Below are positions 1-13,400 of a DNA stretch of 64,000 nt, in pieces. Source of the stretch: Pocillopora damicornis (lineage: Eukaryota); NCBI RefSeq assembly GCF_003704095.1, contig NW_020846901.1:62001-126000 (forward strand), given 5' to 3'. Each line of letters opens with the position of its first letter. The first letter of the stretch is position 1. A program made the translations under genes and the position numbers. The notes beneath the pieces are model-generated. The model did not search any database. It worked only from the letters and a program-made list of their open reading frames with translations, and was not told the origin of the DNA.

Positions 1-540
1 AGACTGAGCTTCCCATTTAAACATCTCCTCAAGAACAGTGTAATGGTTGGCGATTCTAAAGCTTTAAACCTGGTAATGGCGCAACGTTGAAAAACAACAT
101 TAACCAGACGAGATAAGTAGCTTGAACTTTACGCTTGGATATATCCGCTGATTTTGATTAGGTAGTGTTTATATCGAAATGCTACACAACATCCCACTTT
201 TCAAGAGGTTGGCTTTTGTAAATAAAAAGACAACCAAATCTAATTTACAAGCATCTTGTCGACAATAACAGTTGCAATTTTTCGAGCTTCTTCATGCCAT
301 TTACGCAGATTTAAGCCGTGGCCATTTGCAGCAAATCAGCAGCAAATCACACCAGGTAATGCCTTGAATTAAACCTTAATATCATATGTTATATCAAAAT
401 TAGCCATTCATGTCACTAGCGCTAAGAAAATAATATAGGAAACAAAGACAGTACCTAAGCTTTTAACACAATAGAGCTTCACAAGAGCATGAGTAATGGA
501 GTTTGTAAGCTAGAGTTGAGCAGGAATTACCCTGGCCTAC

Positions 541-730
541 CTCGCTTCGGCTTGGGAAAACTTTCGTGCAAGTGAAACACAACCTTCTCTACGAAATGGG
601 AAATGTCATCCCTCCCTGGTCCTCGCACAAAAACTTGCCAGTCGTGTGTAAATCCGTCAGGACTAGGGTTTTTCTTACAAGAAGCTTTGTGTCCGAGTTC
701 AATCTTGACTTCAACTTGAACTTTCTCCAT
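541..730 (-). CDS. First coding exon of an ENL/AF9 (MLLT1/MLLT3)-like YEATS-domain protein; gene runs off the left edge
   Basis: [16 protein letters not shown]...[13 protein letters not shown]...[19 protein letters not shown] matches the AF9/ENL YEATS N-terminus. GT donor directly after 541 (CGAG|GTAGG on the - strand). Confidence 0.92.
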
Positions 731-2076
731 GTCAATGGATCTGCTCAGAGCACGTCAAATCTCGGCACACTGGAGGCATTTCACGAACCAGTGAGGCTAA
801 GAAGAAATTTAACATGCCATCGAGGAAAAAGACACGCAATCAATCATCCATAACACAATAAGCCATTCGCTTGGTTGAGGACTACACAGTTAGAATTTTT
901 CAGTAGGACGTTTTGATTCACTGACAGTTGTTACGCGGCTGCGTACTAATAACGTGCCAAATATGGCAAACCTTTGTTCTGGACTATTCTGGGCACGATG
1001 GGGGAGGGGCTAGGGGTAAAATGTGGTCAAAATATCATTAATCTCTGATCCTAAGATGTAATTGAGAAACAGAAAAAGGCGGGAAGGTGTAGATGCGAGA
1101 CTTTTTTGTCCCAAAATTCTCTGGTTACGAAAAAATAACTATTCAACACTTCTTTGGCAAGAGTGTGGGTTTTAAAACTTCAGCAATTTTTTTTAAATCA
1201 GTTGGGTAGCCACAACCTATGTCAACCTGCAGGTGAAAATTAAAATTCCCACAAATTTTTTGTTGCAGACTGAGCTTTATTGACAGGTTCTAAAGGTAGA
1301 GCTATATACAGCTTTTAACATGCCGGAAAAAATAGTTATTCACCTCAGGGTGGGTAAACTGCTGCCATGATTAGCTCTAACATAAGGCTATCACAGTAAA
1401 ACATTATGTGAGCTTTTCAATAATTCACTATAGCAGTTTATCCACCCTGATCAACATCTAGTCAATTAGGAGCATCAACTGTAGGGTCCAAAAGTGGTCT
1501 GTTTGCCTCATAATCCAAAATAATGGTGTGAGTTTTAGTTGAGCCAGCTCAATGATTCCAGAAGAAAAATGGATGGACTGATCACAGTCTACAACACCTC
1601 CGAAGGTTTGTCTAGAATATGAAAGAAAGCACAATACATTTCTGAATGTGAAGTGTACTAACCAATGTAAAAAGATAAAATCTTGATTAATCCTCTACAC
1701 TTAAACATCAGTATACATATTCTCCAAACTGTCCCTTAGACATTTCCTAAGATGCTGATTGGAAGAATTTTTCAACCAATCAAGAATGTCTCTAGTTGGT
1801 AATCATTTCTTTATTCTTATGACCTTAAAATGTGATTCAGGGGTGATGATGTAAGGAAAAATAAGATGTTAGTCACTCTAAGGGGTTAAAATTGATGAGA
1901 AAAATGGCAAGAGCTTGCTGGACCAATCACAGAGCATAAAAAAGCAAAATCAGTTCAGTCCCAGTGTACATCAACCCTGAATAGAAAAGCATTCCAATTT
2001 CCACTTTTTAATGAACATCCCTATCAAAGAAGGCCTATTTATCTTTCATTACCCTGCCTTAAGCTATCAACTCCTT

Positions 2077-2922
2077 TTAGTTGCATTTCTGCTTCTTCCG
2101 CATTTTGTCTACTTTTTGTAAGCTCTTCTCATCAATGTCTCTGCAAATCTGTCTCTCTCCAATGCAGAATATATGTAGACGTTCTAGATTTCTTGGAAGT
2201 AAAGTTAATTTGTTGTCCCTGAGGTCCACATGACTCAAATTTGGCAATTTTTTTACTGTGTTATTGTGCAAAGACTGAATCATGTTTGAGCGCAGAATCA
2301 GATTCTCTAATTTATGAAGTCCACTCAGACCTTCAGGAAATTTGCTAAATTGATTTTCAGCAAGATCGAGCTGGATCAAGTTTAAGAGGCAATGAAAGTC
2401 ACTAGGCAGAGACGAAAGTTGATTTTTTGCTAAACTTAGCCACTTCAGAGATTTTAAAGCTGAAAATCCATTGGGCAAAGCCTTGATATTGTTACATCCT
2501 GCACCAAGTTTCTCCAAGTTCACAAGTTTGCAAATCTCAGGTGGTAATGCCATCAGCTGGATGTTGACAATCCAAAGTTCTTGGAGAAAGGTTAACTCCC
2601 CTATTTCTGAAGGTAAGAATCCTAGATTGTTGTGACTCAAACACAAAACTCGCAAGTTCGATAGCTGCCGAAATCCCGTAGGTATTAGTGTTAACTGATT
2701 ATGATCAAGTGCTAAGACTTGAAGATTTTTTAGTGAGACAAGTTCCATCGGAGGCATAATAATCTTGTTGTTATTCAACAATAACGTTTTCACTTTGACA
2801 AGTTCCTTTAAAGAATCGGGAAGTACGGTCAGATCTCGATGACTGAGATTTAAAACCGTGCACTCAGAACTTATAGCAGTCAATAGTATTTTATCCACCT
2901 CCTTTTGAGCTGCGTGGTACAT
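2077..2922 (-). CDS. Intronless leucine-rich repeat protein, 281 aa
   Basis: About 9 tandem LxxLxLxxNxLxxLPxx repeats of the SHOC2/RSU1-like 23-residue type. Single ORF from ATG to TAA. Confidence 0.92.
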   Translation of the reverse strand: MYHAAQKEVDKILLTAISSECTVLNLSHRDLTVLPDSLKELVKVKTLLLNNNKIIMPPMELVSLKNLQVLALDHNQLTLIPTGFRQLSNLRVLCLSHNNLGFLPSEIGELTFLQELWIVNIQLMALPPEICKLVNLEKLGAGCNNIKALPNGFSALKSLKWLSLAKNQLSSLPSDFHCLLNLIQLDLAENQFSKFPEGLSGLHKLENLILRSNMIQSLHNNTVKKLPNLSHVDLRDNKLTLLPRNLERLHIFCIGERQICRDIDEKSLQKVDKMRKKQKCN

Positions 2923-5900
2923 CTAACTGCTACAAAATGCGTAAGAAAATTCCGCAATATTTCCCCCTATGTAAACGAATAATTCGAATAATAGACTGAT
3001 GGGATCTCATTTCCAGATTCCCCACTCCCATGATCAACAGAGACTCTGGGAACGAGATCTAAGATAGTGCGCATACGAATTTTGGTGTCAGCGGTGATAG
3101 ATCGAAAGTAAACGAGGGTAATGAACGAGGGTTCCTTTTCAATTTCACCTTTTGTCACACCTTTATAGGTATTCCACGGGGATAGAAACTCTTTGGCACA
3201 AATCTAGCTCTTATTGGGAGAACAACATGATCAAGATGGTCTGATGGAATCAAATTTGACAAATAACAGGTAAACACCACTAGAAAAAGAAAACATTTCC
3301 CTACCTTCTAGGGCGGAAGAGAAACCAAACTGCTTTCATCTCATGTGCACTGTGCCCAATCGCTTCTCCGTCCAATTAATTTTCCATCGGTCATTTGGTA
3401 TAATGAAGCAACAGACCGCTCTTTGTGTCGGTTTGTCGGTGTAGAGTAATAACCTACCTGGAAAGTTGGAAGAACACGAGAAAAGTTTGTAAAAAACGAG
3501 TCCGATTCTCGTTAATACAAACTTTTCGAGTGGGTTTAGTCATTGCATCGGTAAATTTATAGAAACTGTGGTCTACCGCTTTTATAAAATAACCATGGGT
3601 TTACCTGTGTAATGTAAATAGGCTTTTTGACCAATCAGACCCTTTATAGTATCAGTTATTTAAAAAATCTTTTTAGTAACACGCAGATAGCGGAGTTGTG
3701 ACCTTTTCAATTTTTAGGTAACTACACGATTTTGAGTGCAATTTGGTAAAAATAAGCAACAATAAATATTTCAACTGATAATTAGTTAACATTAATTAAC
3801 TGGTAATTAATTAACATGAAAAATGCATCACAGAAAGTCAAGAAAGACAAAATTTTTACAGCCCATATGTGCTATCTATTATTTGCACTCGTGTTACAAC
3901 TTTGCACTTGTGTTACATGAAAAATGCACTTGTTTTTGGCCAATAAGAAGCCCTTTATTTTTTCATGTATGTTAATGGTATAAAAATTTGCTTTCACTAA
4001 GGATGTAGTTGAGCTGAGCCAAGTAAACTAAGGGTTTTGGTGGCACAATTAGAGATGATTGCCACAGTGGCTTGACTGAGGTCCTGAGCCATCTGCCATT
4101 TTTGAACAAATAAGGGAAAAGGCAAAGGCAAGAATGGAAATCATTGCAAAAATAAAATTAAGTTTGCACAAGATTTAATGTGAAAGTGAAACAATTCAAC
4201 CCAAATCCAGAATGATAATCTTGCAGTGTCACAAGGATGATTAACTGGTAGCATTTATACCCAGGATAATTTAGGGTAGAGTGCATAATTAACATCACAG
4301 ATAATGGGCTTAATACAAATATTTATTACAATTATAAATTTATTCATTCAATGGTGTTGGTAAATTGGGTCGTCAACGAAGTTACCAGTATCCATGGCAC
4401 AGTGAACCAACAATAGTCACAATCCTCATCTTTACTGCATTTTCTGGGTTAGAGGAGGGGTGGTGAAGCAGTATGTTGGCTGACAATTCAGATAGCACAC
4501 CACAGGCAATGACAATTACAACCCATCAAGGCTTCTAAATAAAGAAGTGGAGTCCTTTATGATTGAAATATTCTTCTAAATAAGGTGTTATAACCAGATG
4601 GGTTCCTAACTATATGAAATAGTTACACTGGTAGAAAGTCCTTAATATAGAAAAAAAATATCTTAAAATCTCAATGTTTTGGCTAAGAACTCTAGCCTTC
4701 ATCAGCTTAAGATTTTAAAGTATATTTTTAAAAATATTTTTAGAACTTTTTACTAGTGTAGCGATTTTATACAGTTATAAAGTATTAGTGATCCCTGTCC
4801 ATTGGCTTCAAGGTACTCCTAATCTTGAAAGCATATCAACCATGAGCCAAGTAACTGTCTAATTCTAAGATAAAAAGCTTTTTATCCATCAGTTGTCAAC
4901 TGCAAGTGTCAATTTGGATGAACACAGACTTTTATGAGTAAAATTGTTGTAATTAACCCTTTCACTCTCAAGATCTCATTAGTGATTTTCCTTACTGTCT
5001 GCCATACATTTGTTATGATGTTTGTGTAAAGAATTTGGCATTTGATCAGTTTATTATTTTCTTATTTATATATTTTTTTAATCTCATCGCTTGTCTGCTT
5101 GATATTGTAATGGTTTCGTAAAGATAAATTTTGTCTTGGGAGTTACAGGGTCAAGACAATTTCCTTTTTAGGATTCTCACATCAAAGATTTGCGATCCAA
5201 AACATGCTTAGCTGACACGACCTCGATCTAAATCTATAAAACACCCAACAGTGGCTATAAATAGAACGCGGAAAGTCTTGTGTTTACCTTGTCAATTTGT
5301 ATCGTTCCACCTGCCTTTTTCGCGCGGCAGTATTCATGAGCTACTTTGTCAAAATTGTCCAATCAGGGAAAAGCCCGCATCCGAAATGAAGTAACTTTTT
5401 CCTTCATCGTCGCCCATATTGGATTGTGATCGCTCGTGATTATTTTTTTGGATAAGTAATTATCCTCTGAACTTGTTCGGTCGATGTACAAAGAGTGATT
5501 AGGATCGCCACGGTACGTCGTTGTATTTTATTGTTTACAAAATGAGTTTTAGTTATGAAGCGGAGAGAATCCATTAATGACTCATTCGCGTTTTAAAACC
5601 TCCCGATTTGAGTCATTGTCGCCTTTTTTATATACTTTTGAGTTATTTGTATTCGAAATATCCCTACGATGATGTAGATTTTGTTTAAGAAGCTACCGAT
5701 TGCCTGACATCAGGAAGCCGCCAACATGAATCATTTTTGTAACAACAGAATTGTCATTCGCAGTCTACTCGTAACATACGACTGCTGTGTTGTAAACCTT
5801 CTCTAAAAGTCTTTCCAAATAAATAGATTTTGTCGAGCTTTATATTATCGGAGATCATTTACCAATTTCTTATCAAAAATTTGAGTACTTTATAAGCTTA

Positions 5901-6485
5901 AGGCGAAGATAAAGTCAAAACAAACGTTAACATCAAAGTTGTGTGAAGAAACATTACGGGTAATTTAGAAAGCAGATAATTTGCATTTCTTTAGAAACTT
6001 ATCTGAACCTTGTTGACTAATGTTTCTGTTGAAGGGGTCAATATCTTGATTGTGCAGTAACGCCTCGTTGTCAGGAAATACGTCATGTGTATTTAGACTT
6101 CCGCTTTTTCGTGGAAAAGCTGAAATCACGAAACGCTTGTACTGGCGTGATAACATCCACGTTGGTCAATTATTTATCAAGTGCGTGCTTGGGAGAAGGA
6201 ATTGTTCCGCTATATCATTTGAGTACGAGTAGTTGGCACGATGAAGCTTTCTTTATTACATGTGAAACTTTTTCATGACAAAAAGCCAAATCCCATTCTT
6301 AAAACGCGAACAAAAAGAGCCAAAACTAAAAGTAAGTCTAAACTTGCGTTACCTGCATGTGACAGTTAAGAGTGAAATTCCCGGGCTTCAATTTGACAAT
6401 TTTAATGTTGAGAAGGTTAACCTTTACTGCTTGATTTTCAGGTAAAGAAGTTTTAACAAAACCCATTCCGAATAGCTGCGGCTCT

Positions 6486-7090
6486 ATGGATACTGCTTCC
6501 AACGTCGAAGCTGAAACAAACGACTCTGCGAGTTCGATGAGTTTCAATGAGTTCGAAACGTAAGTTCTTGAGGGCAATTTATCACATGGCGGTTTCTTTT
6601 CATACTGAGCAGAATCTTTAATCTTTCAGATTTGCAGATGAGGTAAATGGCGATATTCCCGAAGTAGACTACCGAGGAAGAGTCAAAAGGTGTGATCTCG
6701 ATGAGTTTGTTTAAGTTTCTTCCTTCACTGGTTGTTGACTCTCGGTCCAAAGCAAAGCGCGTCGTTAAAGCAAGGAAGGTCTCTTGTTAATTATGTTAAG
6801 CGCTCATTTTGTCTGCGAAACAGTCAGATTTTTATACGCAAAGTTAGTAGTAAACTATGTATTTCAGGCTATTTAAACATAGATAAAGAGCAAAGAATTT
6901 TCCGTTTACCATTTTCGATTCTATGCACGCTTCAGAGCGTACATGATTACTTCCAGATTACGAGTGACTCATCGTTTTTTTTCCGTGTTGTTGCCAATCT
7001 GCCTCTTTGAAGTTCCTTTCTTCCGCTTTTTCTCTTCTCAGCGAGAAATTACCATCAGACGTGTACGAATCCTCCAATTCACTATCACAG
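6486..7090 (+). CDS. Candidate alternative 5' coding exons of the GRAM gene (6486-6559, then 7042-7090 with a GC donor)
   Basis: ATG at 6486 lies in an AG/GT-bounded exon (6442-6559) ending in phase 2. It joins exon 7042-7090, which ends CAG|GCAAGT in phase 0, in frame with exon 9242. Confidence 0.5.
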
Positions 7091-7431
7091 GCAAGTGAAA
7101 CGTAATTTTATTCGAAGCGTTCACTTCATGTTTTGTCTGAATTGATTAGTAAACCGGAAGTGAAGGTACAGGTGGAGTGATCGTGGTCCCAAAGTCAGCC
7201 GATGTGATGTCACGCAACCATCCGATCGGAGGCCAATAAAGGACGCGACGCTTATTCCGAGATCTCTTTCTAAATCCTCGCAGAATGCGTCGACAGTGTT
7301 TGTTGAGTTGTAGAATTCTTTTCTCTAAAATTCCCCGTCGGCTGTGGCCGATCGATCCATAGGAATTTGTGGGTTTTTTGTTTACGAAATGGAATTATCG
7401 CGTGCCTAGTGCCTAGTTAAGGTTTCGAAAG

Positions 7432-10400
7432 ATGGAGTGCGAAAGTGATCGTCCAGAAGTGACGCTCATTAAGAGAGGAAAAGTCAACTTTGTCGAGAGA
7501 TCAAAGGGCTTAAAAAGCTTAACACGAAAAATGCAATATGTGCCACTGATTTTTCAAGATACGCTGAAGTTTAGTTCATCGACCTCTGGTGCAAAGGTAG
7601 GTTCGTATATGCATCGATGAGAAAGTTTTTGTATAGGAACGCAACTACAGGTCGAACAACAAATATTGACAGCAAATGATCATACTAATATGATAGGGCA
7701 CTTTAATCTTAAAGCTCAGACTACATGGCACATACTGGAAATATAACTAGCGTTAAAACATATCTGCTTTTAGTCGTGAAATGGACCGATATCAAAGTAT
7801 TTCCAGTGACAGAGGTGTTATAGTTTTAACAAACTTTGTTTTGGACCAAAAGGATGTTCATTGTTGCACAACTTTACAAGACGCCTTTTGAGGGAACCTA
7901 GTGCTAGCCATTAGCTCTAGGTTACGCAAATTAATTGTAACATATTTCTGCCTTTGTACTAATTTGGTCGGAGACATGTACATTGAAGCCACAATTTGTC
8001 GTATCCTCTGCATCTGCTGTTAGGCCAGTATTATCCTGTATGCACGCTTTAATCACGTTTAATTAATTTTGTGGGAGGTGGCGGCTTGATCGTCTGATGT
8101 GCAACAACTCAGTTACAGCTGAAGAAGTTTTACATTTGGGCTGGACTTTGTTTGTTCCAAAAATCATTTCGGATGCTTATGTCAGTTTGAGCTGTGAGAA
8201 ATGGGACCTCGTGAATTGCGCAAAATCTTTAAACTCAGTGATGCAATATCATAAACTTGCCATTCTAATTTGGATAATTTATTCAACTTTTGTCAAATTC
8301 TTTCATTAAGCTGTCATTGTTCTTATATCAATAAACTTTTTATTACTGGAGGATACAAAGAATGCAAAGACTTAGGAGTCTAACTAGGCTACAAGATAGT
8401 GCTTTGCTAATTAGCAATAGTTCTAATGCATGCAAGGGAGTTCACCCTGAGTTAATTGAACATCGCTGTTCTCTTAGCAGAGAAGTCATATTGATTCTTT
8501 CTCCTCTTTTACTGATTTGAATGGGTTTCTAGGAAACTAAAGCCCAGTATTCTCTCTTTGTGTTGATTATTGAGGCAGTAAGACTGTTCTATTTGGAAGT
8601 TTGATATCATTAACTAAACCCTTTACCTTCCATGAGTGACCAAAACAGAATTTTCCCATACAATATCAATATCAAGCAGACAAGCAATGAGAATAAAGAA
8701 AAATGTAAATTAGGGGATTATTAGTTGATCCAATACCAAATTCTCCAATTTAATATAGAAAAAAAAATTGAATGGCAGACAACAAGGAGTATTATTGATA
8801 AAGATATTGAGAGCAAAAGGGTCAAAGATCATTGTCTCTACAGTAGAGGGCTGCTGAGTAATTGTTAGTAGTAATTGTTTCAAAGGAGTCAATTCTTCCC
8901 TTCATTCAAGAGAGGGACAAAAACATAGTTACATATTGCTTTTAAGAAGGAGAGTATTGGAGTTTAATGTCTTAACTTCTCTGGATATAGAAAGTAATGG
9001 TTAATTATAGAAATGTATATTTTCATTGTGAGAAAAAAATTTCACCAAATGCATCTGCAAGAATCAATGAAGGATCTTAGCCACAAACCTTATTTCACAG
9101 AACCCGCTTAGAAAATTACAGGACATGGTATGTTGTTAAAAAAAAAAGATGTTGAGAGCATCAGGCTAAAGAAAGAAAAAACTGTCAGTGAGACTAGATT
9201 TATAATAATCAGCTTTGTTTTTCTTTTTCAATTTTTTACAGTCACAACTTCTCAAATCAGATAGGACACCAAACTTTATCAAGGTGAGCCAGCTTTGTAC
9301 TGTTACTAATTTTAATAATTAGTTTGAAAGATAATTGAATAAATACAAATTTGGTGTTTATGATTTTTCAAAATTTCCTGATAATGTGTTTTAAGAATGT
9401 GAGTCAAAATTTTTTTTTGGTTCAATCTTCACTGTGACTTAGAAAGGTTACTTGTTTTTCTGTGCAATGTGGCTGTTTTGTTAATAACCTGTTGGAAAAT
9501 GGTACAGTATAATTCAGTTATGTAACGGTGATAGGTCTTTACAAATCTTCATGGCTCTTACAGAGTCTTGAATTCATGAAAAATGTACAGAAACTTTGAA
9601 AGTTACCAGTAAACTAGCTCAAGACCTAGAGAAATAAAGAATATTCAGTTTACATGTTGACAAATAATTACTAGCATATAAATCTGGAGTTCTTTCTTTT
9701 TTCAAGCGGCAGCAAAATTTGCGTGCATTTTCTTGTGAATGAAATCTAAAGAAAATCACCAAATTTAAATAAATTGTGACAAAAGGTCCAAGACCTAGAA
9801 AACCCTTAAAAACTGTTTTTTGCTCAGGCCAGGCTACTTGACACAGAACCTTGAAGGTGTTGAGAACTGAAAGTCATTATTAATGGTAGTCTTGAAAAAG
9901 TCTGGAAAAAGTCTTGAAGTTTGTACCCAAAATGAAGAATTAAAAATCATGAATCTTTGAAAAAAGTTTAAAAAATCTTCAGAAAATGTCTCTACAAAGA
10001 TCCAAAGGTGTCTGTAAAGGTTCCTCAATTTCTACCTAGGACCCTACTAAGATATTGAAAGATTACAGTTTGCAATGTCTTGGAAAGAGTTTTAAGGTGT
10101 TTCTCCATCTAAAAATTATTTACTAATACTTGCTAGAATAATAACCACTTACCATAAAAGCTTTGTGCTCTGGAAATGTCAAATCTTTCAAGAACCATTC
10201 GTTAATACAACTTTCTTTATCTTAATGGCTGGCTTTAGAAGTTTTTAAATATTAACAAATTGCCAACAAAAAGACCCAAAATTATCATAAACAACAGTAT
10301 TAAAAGTCATTTTAATGATTATGGTAATTGACACAGAACAAGTACAAATGTAAATTAAGATGTTAATGTGTGACAAGAGAAGGACTTTAAGGTTGTTTAT

Positions 10401-13400
10401 TGACAGAGGTGTAAATAAATGGAGTATTCCTTGTGAAAGTCACTTCAAAATCATATATTTTTATTATTTTTTATTACGTAAGGTTATCTGTCCTATTCCA
10501 TGATATAGATGTTTAAGTTAGATCCACTATTTGTAAGTAATATGTTTCTGATAAAATGAATGGAAATATAGTTTTGTTTCCTACACAGTAAATAATCTGA
10601 GTGAATTTGAAGTCTCCACCCAGCCAGAATGCCAAAGCAGTTTTATTTAATTTTCAAATGTTCTGGCCACTCACTGAACACTGCTGTAAGTGCTAAGTGC
10701 TTTTATGTTCAGTTAGCTGTCAATATGTATTGTCTTCTTATATGTTGGAGTCACATACAATTTAACCTCAGGTAGAAGTTTAATTATTCCTATTAACATA
10801 GACTCTTAGTTCTCTTTGTCCCCAAGTCCTGGTAATAATTTAGTATGGTTATGACACAAAATATGAAAACTTGGGATCAGTATAAATATAAATTTTTTTA
10901 AACCCAAAATTAAAATTTAACAGCAACATATACATTCACATTTTGTACCCCAACTGCATTTTAAGGTGTAATGTCTCTATGGATATTAGCCAAGAAGGTT
11001 ATTGGATGTGATAAATTATTAAGTTGACACAGTGTGATATAATTGACAGGTGGTTTTGTTTTACAAAACAGGTAACCCCCAAAAGTAGAGAGAAAAATTA
11101 ATTTATATTTTTATTTTGCTTGTTCTTGATGTCTTGGGCATGTGTAAATTCTTTGAAATGCTCTAAATGTGGCTGTACTGTTTGACTAGAAGGAAAAGGA
11201 TTTGAAAGGGCAAATCTTAATCTCTTTCATGGTTTTTAATCCTAGTTAAGAATTTAATTCTGATATTATCTTAGATTTCCATGAATTTTTTTTTGTTCAA
11301 ATGATTCATCTGCATTCTTGCCTGGCTTAAAAATATTGAACACTTGGATTTTGTACCTAACAGTTTACCTTCAGTTGAGAGTAACAAAAGTGTTTGTATT
11401 CATCTTCCCATGTGACAAGTCTAAACATTTAAGTTACGTTGTCTTCATTCAAACCATCAGGAGTTCTATTGGGTTATTTTCTTTACATAAGACAATTTAC
11501 TTTGGGATAAATGCTACTACCAATTGTATTCTTTCACCTGCCACTTGTTTGTAGCCAATCAGGAGCAACCTGTCATCTCTGTGGTCTGTTTCTGAACACT
11601 GGTGTATTTTAAGCCTTGAATTAATTATCTGCTTGTGAAATGATTTTGACCGGTTTGTTCCTCATTCGAACCAAGTCTGCATAATGTCTCATGCATTTCA
11701 ATTAAAAGTGAGGACATACCGAAGGTCCTTTCCCAAATTACCATGAATGCAGGGAAACGAAAACTAAGGCGGCGGAATGCAGTATTTGGCCGATCTAAGG
11801 ATGATAGTTTCCAAGTCACAAGCAAAGCACGAAGGAAAGGAGCTAACTCACAGAACAGATGGGTAAATTGACATCAACATTTCCTGTTTATGAAAAGCTT
11901 TTATTAAAACTCTAGAAGGCTTGAATTCCTAAACTAATGACTTACTTGTCAACTATTATAAGAATCTTCATTCTTAAACTACAAGCTGCAGTTTTAAGTA
12001 AGTAAAATTTCAAAATTATAGCAACCTACTTCTGCATGGTTTCCTGAGTTCACATGTGAATGAACTGTCAGATGGCAGTCATCCAGCCAAGATTTTCTGC
12101 AAAAATAACAAAAAGGTGGCTTACAGAACTCGAACCAAAAAAAAAATTTATATCTCAGAGCATGTTTCGTGGTTTTCGAAAATATTCTTCAACTCAAAAA
12201 TTTTAAAAGACACAGACTGAGTGTTATTTATTTGTGAAATGGGTAAAACTTTTATTTCAACCCTCAGAATTTTTGGCTAATTTGTGGCTCAGTATTTTGT
12301 CCTTAGTACCTTTAGAATTGGGACTGCATTATATTCTCAGAATTGCAGGAAACCCATTTTGAGAATGCTTGGTTTGGAAATCAATTCTGATGGCTTGTAG
12401 TGTATAAATTATTGATTCAAAAGGAATAGCCACGATGGGGTAAATGCTAGTGTCCAAGATATGAAAGTTTTCTTAAACTGAGCATTTTGATCTAATCTTT
12501 GAATTCAAAGTCCTTTAGCACTTCATATCTATTTCTGGTGATAGATATATGCTGGGCAGTATGGCTCTAGTCGGCTTATTCAAACAAAATTCTATGGTGA
12601 GACATTTACCATACAGTATTTATGCACACATCAATACATATTATACATTTTACATTTTTGTGAAGATCAGTGTTATACACTAACCTAAATTAGGTTAATG
12701 TTTAAATTTATTTTAATGATAATAGAGTTGTGAAGTTTTCCCAAAGGTTTTTACAAACCGACAAGTTGAAATTGAAAGTTTGCCCTGAAACTGTATATCA
12801 GAGGTTCTTTGTGGTATTAAAAATATTTTGAGGGATATTTACCTGTCATTCTTTTGTAAACACAGAGTTTCATCCGTTGATAACTTTTATTAATCATTGC
12901 TTAGATTTAACTTGTCAATGCTAAAACACCTGATGTTGATGTCTAGCCTTAGTGTTGTAGTCCATTTGAATTTGAATACTAATTTTAATTGGCCCCAATA
13001 TAATTCATTTCCAAAAAGTGCCAAAATTGAACAGCTGTTGCTATTTTTTTGTATTAACATAGCTGTGCTACTGCCTAACCATGAAGCAAAAAATTATGGT
13101 GGCACTGCATTTTATATAACAAAACTTCTTGTTCACATATGATGGTCTGACAGCTCTCTGCGCTTAGAAATTTGTTATTATTTGAAACTCACAGGACCTG
13201 TTAGTAGGACAAATAGTGGCTTTTATGATATGGGATGGTTAAAAACAGTATGAAAGTTGTTGGGCTAGTTCAGAAAATGTTTTAAATCAGGGTGATACGT
13301 GGCATATGATTTTTGACTATGATAGTTATATTATTTTAATAGTAAATAACGTGAAACTAAGCAAATAAGTGGCATATTCTGATAATCATTTATTTAAGCA

